From: Bacteroidaceae bacterium
GTDB lineage: Bacteria; Bacteroidota; Bacteroidia; Bacteroidales; Bacteroidaceae
Direction of reading: 5' to 3'
Length of the DNA stretch: 64,000 bases
NCBI GenBank assembly: GCA_045600825.1
Contig: JAZRYP010000012.1
Span: 3,321-67,320, forward strand
This document shows positions 46,863 to 57,303 of this stretch, piece by piece. Numbering within the stretch: position 1 is the first letter of the stretch; the number at the start of each line of letters is the position of its first letter. Below the pieces are notes generated by a model. That model was not told the origin of the DNA, made no database searches, and was given only the letters and a program-made list of their open reading frames with translations. Made by a program: the position numbers and the translations under genes.

Positions 46863-48524
46863 ATGGACTCCGGAACATCACTTATCTCCTGCATACAGGA
46901 CAGCATCAGGAAGAATTGGGATCTTGAGGCACTTACCGACTACAAAGGAACGACACTGCTGTATCGCGACATTGCAAGGAGGATAGCAAAACTACACATC
47001 CTGTTTCAGGCTGCCGGCATCAAACCAGGAGACAAGATTGCCCTGTGCGGCAGGAACTGTGCAAACTGGGCATCAGCGTGCCTGGCCGCAATGTCCTACG
47101 GTGCCGTAATCGTCCCTATCCTGCACGAGTTCAAGCCAAACAACATTCACAACATAGTCAATCATTCCGATGCGAAGCTTCTGTTCGCAGGCGACCATAT
47201 ATGGGAGAACCTGAACGAATCCATGATGCCGGAACTGACCGGAATCATTATCATCGACGATTTCTCGCTTGCGATATCGCGCAACGAGAATCTGACGGAA
47301 GCCCGCGAACATCTGAACGAGCTGTTCGGGAAGAAGTATCCGAAGGACTTCACGCCTTCCAATGTATGCTATGCCATACCGCCGTCGGACAATCTGGCAA
47401 TGATCAATTACACATCCGGCTCAACAGGTTTCTCCAAAGGTGTAATGCTTCCGTACCGTTCCCTTGAAAACAACAGGGAGTTTGCAAAAAGGGTTATGCC
47501 CAACCTCAAGGCCGGCGATCAGGTGATTTCAATGTTGCCTATGGCACATATGTACAGTTTCGCCTACGAGTTCATCTACGAGATTTCCATCGGATGCCAC
47601 GTATATTTCCTGACACGTCTGCCGAGCCCGAAGGTAATTTTCCAGGCATTCCACGACATAAAGCCCAAAGTCATCATAGCAGTACCGCTTGTCATAGAAA
47701 AAATCATCAAGAAGAATGTACTTCCAAGACTTGAGACCACACAGATGAGACTTCTGCTGAAGGTACCTGTGGTAAATGATCAGATTAACAGGAAAATCCG
47801 CAAGGAACTGATCAACTCGTTCGGAGGAGAATTCTATCAGATAATCATCGGTGGAGCGGCATTCAACCAGGAAGTGGAGAACTTCCTCCATTCAGTACAT
47901 TTCCCTTACACAGTAGGCTACGGGGCCACCGAATGCGGCCCGATAATATGCTACGAGGACTGGAAGACCTTCGTACCAGGTTCCTGCGGAAAAGCGGCAT
48001 ACGGAATGGAAGTCAGGATATTGAGTAACGATCCGGAACATATTCCAGGCGAAATTGTCTGTCGCGGACCGAACGTAATGCTGGGATATTACAAGAACGA
48101 AAAACTTACAGAAGAGACAATAGATGCAGACGGCTGGATGTACACAGGCGATCTCGGCATAATGGACAGGGACGGCAACGTATTCATCAAAGGGCGCAGC
48201 AAGAGTATGATACTGGGTCCTTCCGGGCAGAACATCTATCCGGAGGAAATAGAGGACAAGCTCAACAATATGCCTTGCGTGTCCGAATCTGTCGTCATAA
48301 GCGAGAACGGCAAGCTTGTAGCACTTGTATATCCGGACTTCGACGAGGCAATGAACCTCGGTCTGAAGGAAGAACAGATACCGGCTACGATGGAAAGCAA
48401 CCGCAGCGAGCTCAACAGGGAGCTGCCTGCATACGAGCAGATATCACAGATAAGAATATACAACGAGGAATTCGAGAAGACACCCAAAAAGAGCATCAAG
48501 CGTTTCCTCTACCAAAAAGAATAA
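46863..48524 (+). CDS. AMP-dependent synthetase / long-chain acyl-CoA ligase-like
   Basis: INYTSGSTGFSKGV, GYGATECGP, YTGDLG..DRDGNVFIKGRSKSMI and PKKSIKR are present. Confidence 0.8.
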   Translation: MDSGTSLISCIQDSIRKNWDLEALTDYKGTTLLYRDIARRIAKLHILFQAAGIKPGDKIALCGRNCANWASACLAAMSYGAVIVPILHEFKPNNIHNIVNHSDAKLLFAGDHIWENLNESMMPELTGIIIIDDFSLAISRNENLTEAREHLNELFGKKYPKDFTPSNVCYAIPPSDNLAMINYTSGSTGFSKGVMLPYRSLENNREFAKRVMPNLKAGDQVISMLPMAHMYSFAYEFIYEISIGCHVYFLTRLPSPKVIFQAFHDIKPKVIIAVPLVIEKIIKKNVLPRLETTQMRLLLKVPVVNDQINRKIRKELINSFGGEFYQIIIGGAAFNQEVENFLHSVHFPYTVGYGATECGPIICYEDWKTFVPGSCGKAAYGMEVRILSNDPEHIPGEIVCRGPNVMLGYYKNEKLTEETIDADGWMYTGDLGIMDRDGNVFIKGRSKSMILGPSGQNIYPEEIEDKLNNMPCVSESVVISENGKLVALVYPDFDEAMNLGLKEEQIPATMESNRSELNRELPAYEQISQIRIYNEEFEKTPKKSIKRFLYQKE

Positions 48525-48528
48525 AACG

Positions 48529-50979
48529 ATGAAGAAGTTTTTCAGCAGATACGGTGCATACGTCACAGCACTGTTCATATTCATTGCTTTGGCCTGTATT
48601 TATTGTGCCCCATCACTTGGCGGGAAAGTCGTCAATGCTGGAGATGTAGATACATATACAGGAGCCGTACACGAGATTATGCAATTTCAAAAAGAGAGTG
48701 GAGAAAATTCTTTCTGGACAGGCTCAATGTTTGGAGGAATGCCCACATATCAGATTGGAGGTTCAAAATACAAATCCAATACGTTACTGAAGCCGTTGAA
48801 ATCAGTATTACTTGCTGGGCATAAGACAAAAAACACGCCATTCATACTTATACTCTATTTCATTTGCTTTTTCACGCTGCTAAGGTGCTTCGACATAGAC
48901 AAGTGGACATGTATCGCAGGAGCCATCGCAATATCACTGTCCTCATATTTCCTGGTTATTATCCCGGCAGGTCATATGACGAAAACATCAACCATTGCAC
49001 TGATGGCAGTTGTCATCGGAGGTTTCAGGCTGATATTCAACAAGAAATACAGCAAGGGCATACTGCTGACCATAATACCTACAGCAGCAGGCATCACCAA
49101 CCATCCGCAGATGTCCTACTACATCTTCATGCTAATCGGCACATTGTACATTGCGGAACTATATATTCATATCAGGGAGAAAAAGATGAAAGATTTCTGC
49201 ATCGCAACAATAATTTTCGCCCTGACAGTAACAGTGGGTCTTGGCGCAAACAGTCCGAACATATTCGCGAACAAAGAGTATGTTACACAGACCATGCGCG
49301 GAGGGCATTCTGATATTGAAAGCGACAGTAACACCAGCAAGGCCTCCGGTCTGGATATTGCATACGCCACAAATTGGAGTTACGGTATTGACGAGTCATT
49401 GTCTTTTATGATACCGGGCATTATGGGAGGAGCCTCAAACGTAAATGTAGGAGAAGGTTCCAAGCTATATGCTGATATTGTAAAGAGAGGTTTTGACAAG
49501 CGTTCCGCCGCACAATTCTGCCAGAACATTCCACTATACTGGGGTGACCAGCCGGGAACGGCAGGCAACGTATATATGGGAGCTGTAATCTGTTTCCTTT
49601 TCGTTCTGGGGCTCATAATTGTAAAAGGGCCATACAAATGGGCTATCGCATTCGCCACAGTTATGTCCATAGCTCTAGCCTGGGGACGCAATTTCATGTC
49701 TCTTACAGAATTTTTCTTCAAGTTCTTCCCTTTATACAACAAGTTCCGCGCCGTATCCTCAATTCTGATTGTAGCTGAAATAACGATGCCGCTACTCGGT
49801 TTCATTGCTCTGCGCGATATTATGAAAGGCACTGTAGATAAGGACAAAGCTATGAAAGGCATATACATATCTGCCGGCATAACAGCAGGTATATGTCTGT
49901 TTATAGCTTTCTTCGGAAAGAGACTATTCTCGTTTACAGGAGCGTACGATGCACAATTGACAGAATTACCTGACTTCCTGTATTCCGGAATCATTTCAGA
50001 ACGTCAGACACTGCTGCTCAAAGACTCATTACGTTCTGCCGTTTTCATTCTGATGGCAGGCTTTGCAACATGGATATGTGTAACAGGTAAAATTGAAGGA
50101 CGGTATTTATCATTGATTTTCGGCATTCTGATTCTTGCAGATATGTGGGCTGTTGACCGCCGTTACTTCAACGAGCGCAACTATATCAGCGCAAAGCAGA
50201 ATTCCGGCAAATTTGAGATGCTGCCATACGAGAAACAGATATTAAGTGACACCGATCCGCATTTCAGGGTTATGAATCTGACGACCAGTACTTTCAAAGA
50301 TTCACGCACTTCATATTGGCTGAAATCCCTAGGCGGATACAGTGCAGCGAAGCTGCGCCGCTATCAGGATCTGATAGACCAGCATCTGTCAAAGATGAAT
50401 ATGAACGTAATCAGCATGCTCAATGCGAAATACATAATCACTCAGGGCGAGAATGGTCAGCCCACACCATTACGCAATACACAGGCAATGGGAAACGCCT
50501 GGTACGTGGATACGCTTATGATAGTTGACAATGCCAATCAGGAGAGCGATGCTCTGAACACAATTGATTTGCGCACTACTGCCGTACTGGACAAGGAGTT
50601 CGCCCCGTTTGTCAGGACTCCTGTCCGCGTCCATGATAATAATGCAGCAGTACGATTGACAAGATACACGCCACGTTACATAGATTACGAAAGTACATCC
50701 AACGCAGACGGAACCATAGTATTCTCCGAGATATACTATCCGTTCGGATGGAAAGCCACAATAGACGGTAAGCCCGCCGAGCATTTCAGAGTCAATTACA
50801 CCCTGCGGGCTCTTAATGTACCGGCTGGCAAACATCAGATTCATTTTGAGTTTGCTCCGGACAGCATAAAGGCAGGAGAAATAGTAGCCCTTGTGTTTAT
50901 TGTCATAATGTATCTGACAATAGCTGCAATAATCGGTTTGAGTATATTCAAAACTATACGTAGTCATAGTCAGAAATGA
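48529..50979 (+). CDS. YfhO-family polytopic membrane protein (GT-C-like glycosyltransferase)
   Basis: 816 aa with many TM helices and a C-terminal soluble domain plus final TM, the typical YfhO architecture. Family call is by recognition only. Confidence 0.6.
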   Translation: MKKFFSRYGAYVTALFIFIALACIYCAPSLGGKVVNAGDVDTYTGAVHEIMQFQKESGENSFWTGSMFGGMPTYQIGGSKYKSNTLLKPLKSVLLAGHKTKNTPFILILYFICFFTLLRCFDIDKWTCIAGAIAISLSSYFLVIIPAGHMTKTSTIALMAVVIGGFRLIFNKKYSKGILLTIIPTAAGITNHPQMSYYIFMLIGTLYIAELYIHIREKKMKDFCIATIIFALTVTVGLGANSPNIFANKEYVTQTMRGGHSDIESDSNTSKASGLDIAYATNWSYGIDESLSFMIPGIMGGASNVNVGEGSKLYADIVKRGFDKRSAAQFCQNIPLYWGDQPGTAGNVYMGAVICFLFVLGLIIVKGPYKWAIAFATVMSIALAWGRNFMSLTEFFFKFFPLYNKFRAVSSILIVAEITMPLLGFIALRDIMKGTVDKDKAMKGIYISAGITAGICLFIAFFGKRLFSFTGAYDAQLTELPDFLYSGIISERQTLLLKDSLRSAVFILMAGFATWICVTGKIEGRYLSLIFGILILADMWAVDRRYFNERNYISAKQNSGKFEMLPYEKQILSDTDPHFRVMNLTTSTFKDSRTSYWLKSLGGYSAAKLRRYQDLIDQHLSKMNMNVISMLNAKYIITQGENGQPTPLRNTQAMGNAWYVDTLMIVDNANQESDALNTIDLRTTAVLDKEFAPFVRTPVRVHDNNAAVRLTRYTPRYIDYESTSNADGTIVFSEIYYPFGWKATIDGKPAEHFRVNYTLRALNVPAGKHQIHFEFAPDSIKAGEIVALVFIVIMYLTIAAIIGLSIFKTIRSHSQK

Positions 50980-51887
50980 TCTCCGTCATAGTCTGTACAT
51001 ACAATAGGGACAAATACATTTACAACACACTGAAATGTATAGCCGACAATGATTTATCATATAACGAGTATGAGATCATTGTTGTGGACAATAACTCCAC
51101 CGACAACACTGTCTCTGAAATACGAAGAATCTATGCAGATTATCCGGATGTCAATCTTAAACAAATCACAGAACAATCACAAGGCCTGTCGTTCGCCAGG
51201 AACAGAGGGATACAGGAATCAAGCGGGGACATTCTGGTGTTTCTGGACGATGATGCATTTACCGACAGTCACTATCTTGACAGATTATCAGCCATAATGA
51301 ACGGACATCCTGGGATTGATGCATTTGGAGGAAAAATCGTCCCTACATTTGAAAATGGCACTTCGCCGAAATGGCTTTGCAAATGGACATATTCCTGGGT
51401 CTCTGGGCTGGAAATGGGTAACGCAATGATTCCATTCACAAGGAATTATCCCATCGGAGCGAATATGGGATTCCGAAGGAAAGTATTTGAAAAATGCGGG
51501 ATGTTCAACACCTCTCTTGGAAGAGTCGGAAAGAATCTGGCAGGAGGAGAAGAAAAAGACATGTTCAACAGGGTACGTAACTCCGGATTCGGCATATTTT
51601 ACATTCCTGACATTCCTGTAAAACACATTATACCGGAAACACGTACAACCACAGATTACATCAGACGTTTGGGATACGGTGTCGGCACAAGCGAAAAAAT
51701 CAGATGCCGTGAACAGGGATATGCAAGCTACATTAAACGTATTCTTATTGAATCCGTTAAATGGGCAGCCAGTCTGACTCTATGGATAGGCTATTCACTA
51801 ACAGGGAGATTCTGTTGCGGAAACATGCTGATATACTTCCGCTGGTATGTCACAAGAGGTCTCTTGGCAAAGTCCTCCTGTCTATAG
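50976..51887 (+). CDS. Family 2 glycosyltransferase
   Basis: MISVIVCTYNRDKYI, VVDNNSTDNT, DDDA (DxD). The start overlaps the YfhO stop (ATGA). Confidence 0.85.
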   Translation: MISVIVCTYNRDKYIYNTLKCIADNDLSYNEYEIIVVDNNSTDNTVSEIRRIYADYPDVNLKQITEQSQGLSFARNRGIQESSGDILVFLDDDAFTDSHYLDRLSAIMNGHPGIDAFGGKIVPTFENGTSPKWLCKWTYSWVSGLEMGNAMIPFTRNYPIGANMGFRRKVFEKCGMFNTSLGRVGKNLAGGEEKDMFNRVRNSGFGIFYIPDIPVKHIIPETRTTTDYIRRLGYGVGTSEKIRCREQGYASYIKRILIESVKWAASLTLWIGYSLTGRFCCGNMLIYFRWYVTRGLLAKSSCL

Positions 51888-52823
51888 AGTGCCGGATATG
51901 ATGTGCTTGTAAAAAGTATTATCCCTGTGGAATATACTCTGATCGCGGAACTTGTACGTAAGCTTATGAATATTTGATGCGGAAGATATATCATCCATCA
52001 TCTGATCCGAATACGGTTCCGCCAAAACAGCCTGCAGCCTATGCACATCAACATTATTTACAAAACGTATCTGCTTCCATAAAGCACGGCTTTCAGGATC
52101 TGAATCAACAATAGCCGACAACAAAAGATGAAACAGATAATAATCACATAACCTGCTCTCACGTTTCCAATAAATTTCAAGAATATATTGAATACGTTGC
52201 AAAATGGGATTATTTCTCTGAGCGGCTATAAACCAGCTTGAGCACTTGATAACAGCATTGTCGAAGGCTGACGTCTTGAACACGAACAACGGGCTGTCAA
52301 GTGCCGCTTCAGGCATAGGCCCAGTCATCAGCACAGTGGAATCAATCCAAAATCCACCATATCTGACCAATAATGCCACACGTATATAATCAGAATATTG
52401 TGCGAACTGCATCTGATGCTTTCTCAGACGTTCATTAATAGAATTCGGAATCACAATATAATCTGCAAGGTTTGAATTATCTACCACTCTGACCTCACAC
52501 TCTCCAGCGTGTTCTCGTATTGATGAAATGCATCTCCGTACAATTTCAGGAGCAAATTCTTCACCTTGCAACCATAAGACCCATATAATCTTTGCCGGCT
52601 GGGTATCAGACGATTCCAATGGACTGAAATCTTTGAGATATGGTATATATTTGCGTTTGAGATAATTATATGCTTTTTTCTCACAAACCGCATCCATCAG
52701 GGCCTTATCACCAATCCATCGTATAGGAAATAGATATTTACATACCTCTCTGACACAAAAAAACCATCCTTTTTTCCTTAATGACTCAAGGCTACGCACA
52801 GTTATGTCTTTTATTCTACCCAT
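51882..52823 (-). CDS. Caps_synth / GT32-like capsular polysaccharide synthesis glycosyltransferase
   Basis: IIWVLWLQGEEFAP and SDYIRVALLVRYGGFWIDSTV motifs. The start is uncertain. Candidates are ATG at 52823 or 52841, or the track TTG at 52856. Confidence 0.65.
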   Translation of the reverse strand: MGRIKDITVRSLESLRKKGWFFCVREVCKYLFPIRWIGDKALMDAVCEKKAYNYLKRKYIPYLKDFSPLESSDTQPAKIIWVLWLQGEEFAPEIVRRCISSIREHAGECEVRVVDNSNLADYIVIPNSINERLRKHQMQFAQYSDYIRVALLVRYGGFWIDSTVLMTGPMPEAALDSPLFVFKTSAFDNAVIKCSSWFIAAQRNNPILQRIQYILEIYWKRESRLCDYYLFHLLLSAIVDSDPESRALWKQIRFVNNVDVHRLQAVLAEPYSDQMMDDISSASNIHKLTYKFRDQSIFHRDNTFYKHIISGTL

Positions 52824-54021
52824 TATTTGTATTTTTCCCATCCATTGACCGCACAAATTCCACTATCTCTGCAGAAGAATTGAAATTCAAACTATTCCCC
52901 CAGAAACGCAACAGAATACAATTCCTTACATTCGCATCAATATGATAATTACCGGCAAGGACACATTCCTGCAATTCTTCAAAAGAATACGTTTTAACAC
53001 CGGCAACATTTTCATCAAACGGATAATAAAAATCACGTTCGCTCACATACTCCTCATAATCATACAGATACAGAATCACACCTTTGTCCGGCAGAATCAG
53101 ATAGTCATACAATATGGATGAATAATCTGTTATCAGCACATCCGTGTAAGGAAGTAACGGATACACATCCACATTCGAACCGACCAGACTTATATTTGAG
53201 AACTCCGATACCCCGTCAATTATTGTATTCGCATGTGGTTTCAACAGCAGCAGAGCATTTTTTTTCCGCATTATGTCATTCAATCTGTTCAGATCCATAC
53301 TCTGGGTAAATACCTTACGCTGTGAATCACGCCACGTCGGCATATAGATAAACACCTCATCAAAATCCACAGTCCTGTCTATCAATGCCATAGTGGCCTC
53401 AGGCTCATACCTGGAAACAAAGTTCCTGCGCTCTATGTCAGACATTCCCAGTATGGCATTCCTGGGGTATCCGAACTCCAGACATCTGTTCTCGGGTATT
53501 CTGAAAGCTTTAGCGAACATTGAGGTCTGGAAAGGTGCTGACGATATCAGATAATCAGGTCTGCGGAAAGACTCAGGATGGAAAAACACCTCTTTGGGCT
53601 TTTTTCTTATAAAGCGGTCTCCCATAGGTCCTGATACCGTATTGAAATCAGTTCTCTTCAGTCCAATACCATGCCAGAGATTCACACACACTGCTCTGCC
53701 CGACAGACAGAACATTATATCAGATGTGTATGAATTGAAAAACCAGTATTTTGATGTCAGCGCATACCAGGCACCATGCACACTGAGAACGTTATATGCC
53801 TTAAGCCCAAAAGATCTGACCAGTCGTACAGTATCACCATTGGTTGACAGCCATGCGGCATCTGCATCGCCATGATTTTCCGACAGCCATATAAACAGAT
53901 ATTTTGCATTATCATTGAACGCACCCCTGAAACTTCCGAACGCATAGCGGTTACTGCGTCTCGGAAACAGAAACGAGAACGGATAAATCAGGTAACATAC
54001 AAGATAAGCCAGAAACTTCAT
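52816..54021 (-). CDS. TagF/TagB-family CDP-alditol (glycerol/ribitol) phosphotransferase
   Basis: NAKYLFIWL, VNLWHGIGLK, YMPTWRD and ITDYSSILYDY motifs are typical of CDP-glycerol glycerophosphotransferases. Confidence 0.75.
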   Translation of the reverse strand: MKFLAYLVCYLIYPFSFLFPRRSNRYAFGSFRGAFNDNAKYLFIWLSENHGDADAAWLSTNGDTVRLVRSFGLKAYNVLSVHGAWYALTSKYWFFNSYTSDIMFCLSGRAVCVNLWHGIGLKRTDFNTVSGPMGDRFIRKKPKEVFFHPESFRRPDYLISSAPFQTSMFAKAFRIPENRCLEFGYPRNAILGMSDIERRNFVSRYEPEATMALIDRTVDFDEVFIYMPTWRDSQRKVFTQSMDLNRLNDIMRKKNALLLLKPHANTIIDGVSEFSNISLVGSNVDVYPLLPYTDVLITDYSSILYDYLILPDKGVILYLYDYEEYVSERDFYYPFDENVAGVKTYSFEELQECVLAGNYHIDANVRNCILLRFWGNSLNFNSSAEIVEFVRSMDGKNTNNG

Positions 54022-54030
54022 GACACAATG

Positions 54031-55395
54031 TTATTTTTGAATTCTGACATCAAACACCTGACCACTCGCATCTGAGAGTAAGACAGACAATGATGCTACA
54101 GCTACAGTACCGGTATCAAGCAATGTACCTTCCGGCTCATTACCAAAGTTCCGGATACGCATAGGAGTCTTTGTCCGCTCGGGATTCATCACATTCACCC
54201 TTATTCCGTCCCCCTCCCATTCCTGGGATATGGCCTGCATAAAATTGACGACTGCTGCCTTGGTTGATGAGTATATACTATAGAATGATCTGCCGCGAGT
54301 ATAAGAGCTAGAAGTATATAGCAGCAGTTGACCCTTTGAATCCTTCAAATACCGGAAGCTCTCCATTGCAATGTTGACCATTCCGTCATAGTTAGTACGG
54401 ATCACAGTGTTCAGAGTGCCCCTATCCATCGTCATCAATGGTTCCTTCACAAGTATCGCCGCCGAATTGACAACGTAATCAATCCTGTGCTCATGCTCAT
54501 AGACAGATTCAAGAGCAAGCCGAACAGATTTATAGTCCGCGATATCCGTATTGGTGGTACTTCTGGAAAAAGTATAGGCTTTGGCACCGTTTGCCAATGC
54601 GACTTCGGCGACTTCGGCACCAATCCCGGAATTGCCACCAAATACCACCAGAACTTTTCCTGCCAATGGAGACAAGTCTGCCTCGCTCTGCACCACCGAA
54701 GATCTCAACTGAAACAGTTTATCCAGCAGGTACGAATCCTCCTTATAAGTCAGCTTCATATTGGATTCCTCGCCGGTCACTACAAACACCCTTTCATCAG
54801 GCAGGTATCTGACCACCGTACCACAATCATCTGATGACACGAAATCCGGATCCTTCAATGCCAGCTCGTATGCCTTGCTGATAATCTTCTGCTTGAAAGC
54901 CTGAGGAGTCTGTCCCCTGCGCAACAGACGGCGATTGGGGATATTATCTATCAGATTACCAGTTTCATCTACCTGAATTATCGTATCTGTAGCAGGTACG
55001 GCTACATCAATAGCATTATACTCATTCAAGGCGCTTATTATATCATCAATGATGCGGTCACTCAACAATGGCCGCACGGCATCGTGAAATATCAGATTAC
55101 AATCCGGATCATAGTCGTACGCCCTGATTGCCGCAAGACTGGAGTCATATCTTTCCTTGCCTCCGATCAACACCTTCTTCAGTTTGGTCCATCTGTTACG
55201 CAGGATTATACTCTCCACTTCGCGTACAAGAGATGAATTGACCACTACTGCAATCTCATCAATTCCCCTGTGACGTTCAAACACATCAATAGTATGTTCC
55301 ATCACAGTCTTCCCTGCCACTTTATAGAACTGCTTCGGAGTGCTCAAACCTGAGCGTGATCCAACGCCTCCTGCCAAAATTACACCTACGTTCAT
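54031..55395 (-). CDS. Bifunctional IspD/TarI-like cytidylyltransferase + SDR reductase (Bcs1-like CDP-ribitol synthase)
   Basis: N-terminus MNVGVILAGGVGSRSG..PKQF. C-terminal SDR VLVVFGGNSGIGAEVA and YSSTKAAV (YxxxK). Start taken at ATG 55395, 1 nt after the LicD stop. Confidence 0.7.
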   Translation of the reverse strand: MNVGVILAGGVGSRSGLSTPKQFYKVAGKTVMEHTIDVFERHRGIDEIAVVVNSSLVREVESIILRNRWTKLKKVLIGGKERYDSSLAAIRAYDYDPDCNLIFHDAVRPLLSDRIIDDIISALNEYNAIDVAVPATDTIIQVDETGNLIDNIPNRRLLRRGQTPQAFKQKIISKAYELALKDPDFVSSDDCGTVVRYLPDERVFVVTGEESNMKLTYKEDSYLLDKLFQLRSSVVQSEADLSPLAGKVLVVFGGNSGIGAEVAEVALANGAKAYTFSRSTTNTDIADYKSVRLALESVYEHEHRIDYVVNSAAILVKEPLMTMDRGTLNTVIRTNYDGMVNIAMESFRYLKDSKGQLLLYTSSSYTRGRSFYSIYSSTKAAVVNFMQAISQEWEGDGIRVNVMNPERTKTPMRIRNFGNEPEGTLLDTGTVAVASLSVLLSDASGQVFDVRIQK

Positions 55396-55396
55396 A

Positions 55397-56218
55397 CTAC
55401 TTATCAACTAAAGAGATATTACTGTCAAATACCATTTCATGACCGCCTCTACCATTCTCACCAGGTAATGTCATATAGTCACCGAATAATCTTTTCAGAT
55501 ATGCGTCACAATCAACAGGAGCAGGGAAAAGATGTCCCTCAAAAGAAACAGTTCCCAAAGGTATCACATCACAGAGATGACGTTTACTGTAAAACCCAAC
55601 GCCAAAATCGTGATCCAAATTACCTCTATCAACAAACTGTCCTACAAAGCGCAGCCCCCCTACCAACATACGTACAAACGGATAAGCAACGACACCGATA
55701 CAATGTCTTAACCGGCCATCATCTATCACATTGTATTTTCTTCGAAAACACCTTCCGTATAATTTATTGATGTTTCGTGCAAACAGAGCCGTACCATATA
55801 TCATCGGGAATATGTCCAGCCACAAATTGACAGTTCTTACATTTCCATCACAATGCCTGTAACTCACAAATATACCGTCATTGACGATTCTAGGGTATAT
55901 TAATGAATTGTTATTAAGCATATCCGCATCACATAGTTTATATGGACTTTTGAGTTTATTCATAATCACTCTGCGGTATCTCATATAGTCCTTACGAAAC
56001 ATACACACATCAATATCATCATCCCAGGGAATAAAGCCTCCGTGTCTGACAGCGCCAAGCAGTGTTCCTGAATCCAACCAATATCTGATGCCATTCTCGC
56101 GACAAACTCTGTCAAACTCAATAAGAATCTCCAACAGACCCAATTGAACACTTCTAAGATCAGATCCGTCCGGATTATAATGCTCGCGCAGCTGTTTCTG
56201 TATTGATTCGTCAATCAT
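55397..56218 (-). CDS. LicD-family phosphotransferase
   Basis: IRYWLDSGTLLGAVRHGGFIPWDDDIDVCM is the canonical LicD core. Confidence 0.85.
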   Translation of the reverse strand: MIDESIQKQLREHYNPDGSDLRSVQLGLLEILIEFDRVCRENGIRYWLDSGTLLGAVRHGGFIPWDDDIDVCMFRKDYMRYRRVIMNKLKSPYKLCDADMLNNNSLIYPRIVNDGIFVSYRHCDGNVRTVNLWLDIFPMIYGTALFARNINKLYGRCFRRKYNVIDDGRLRHCIGVVAYPFVRMLVGGLRFVGQFVDRGNLDHDFGVGFYSKRHLCDVIPLGTVSFEGHLFPAPVDCDAYLKRLFGDYMTLPGENGRGGHEMVFDSNISLVDK

Positions 56219-57303
56219 AGGACATATGGAACAATAGTATCTACCAAATCACATCCATTTAGAATTCCATCGCGCAAATATTCCCTGTTCATGACATTCT
56301 GAGCCCAGCTTATAACAGTATCAATCATCTCCGTAGTAATTCCCTGCCGTTCAGCAAAAGCCCTGACCATCAGCATACCAAACGGGATATCCTCCGTAAA
56401 GTAACGGTTTCCATAATCAAGAACATATTTTTGAGATTCCAATTTTATCATAGGAACTCCAAGGCCCTTGAAGGCTGAAATAGAACGTATCGTCTTTGTC
56501 AATGAAACCGCATCGCTGCTCTCATAATATGTCAAAAGCGAAGGTATATCATTTTCACTCACATCGAATGATTCCGCCACCTTTCTAAATTCCCGGTCGC
56601 ACTCAATCAGAATTTCCGAACTTCTTACATCCCAATCTTCATAAAACATAATTCCCGGATTGTACGTTCCCTGACAACTTTCAAACATACCATATAGTCT
56701 GGAAGGATGCAATATCGGGTTACTGTTTGACAGCGTCACCTTCATATAATTATCCAGTAATACGACAGGAATATCAAACATCGCAGACAATGTTGATACC
56801 AAATACTCCGGTTCCGAAATATGCAAAGTTGCAATTGTTATTGAAGGTTTGTAGCCAAGCAGCATCGCTTTTGAGCCATACTCGCCAATTCTGGCTATAA
56901 AAGGCACTCTCTGCAGACCGAACAGGCGGGTATCAGGTCCCAGGAGTTTATCAGCCATAAGGAAAAATCCCGTACTGGACACAATTGAGCCGATATACAT
57001 ATCAGACGTAACGTATTCCCTGATTTTTATCAATTCATCAGCTATCGCAAATCCAGGAACACACATAAGGACAATCTCCGCGCCATCCAATGCAGTCTGC
57101 GCATCAGATGTAACCAAAGATAGATTTCCCCTGAATCTATTGCCGTTCGGATCTTCAACAATCAATGGTCTGCCATCCACGCACCATTTTTCGGGATGAC
57201 GCGTAAGCAAACGTACCGAATACATATCCTTCGACGCAAGGTATCCACCAGTCACATGAGCCAAGTTTCCACCACCACAGATACAAATCTCAGTCTTTTT
57301 CAT
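56215..57303 (-). CDS. NAD(P)-dependent octopine/nopaline (opine) dehydrogenase-family protein
   Basis: N-terminal Rossmann ICICGGGNLAHV. Size (~360 aa) and overall pattern fit the opine/G3P-dehydrogenase-like family. Assignment is by recognition only. Confidence 0.5.
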   Translation of the reverse strand: MKKTEICICGGGNLAHVTGGYLASKDMYSVRLLTRHPEKWCVDGRPLIVEDPNGNRFRGNLSLVTSDAQTALDGAEIVLMCVPGFAIADELIKIREYVTSDMYIGSIVSSTGFFLMADKLLGPDTRLFGLQRVPFIARIGEYGSKAMLLGYKPSITIATLHISEPEYLVSTLSAMFDIPVVLLDNYMKVTLSNSNPILHPSRLYGMFESCQGTYNPGIMFYEDWDVRSSEILIECDREFRKVAESFDVSENDIPSLLTYYESSDAVSLTKTIRSISAFKGLGVPMIKLESQKYVLDYGNRYFTEDIPFGMLMVRAFAERQGITTEMIDTVISWAQNVMNREYLRDGILNGCDLVDTIVPYVL

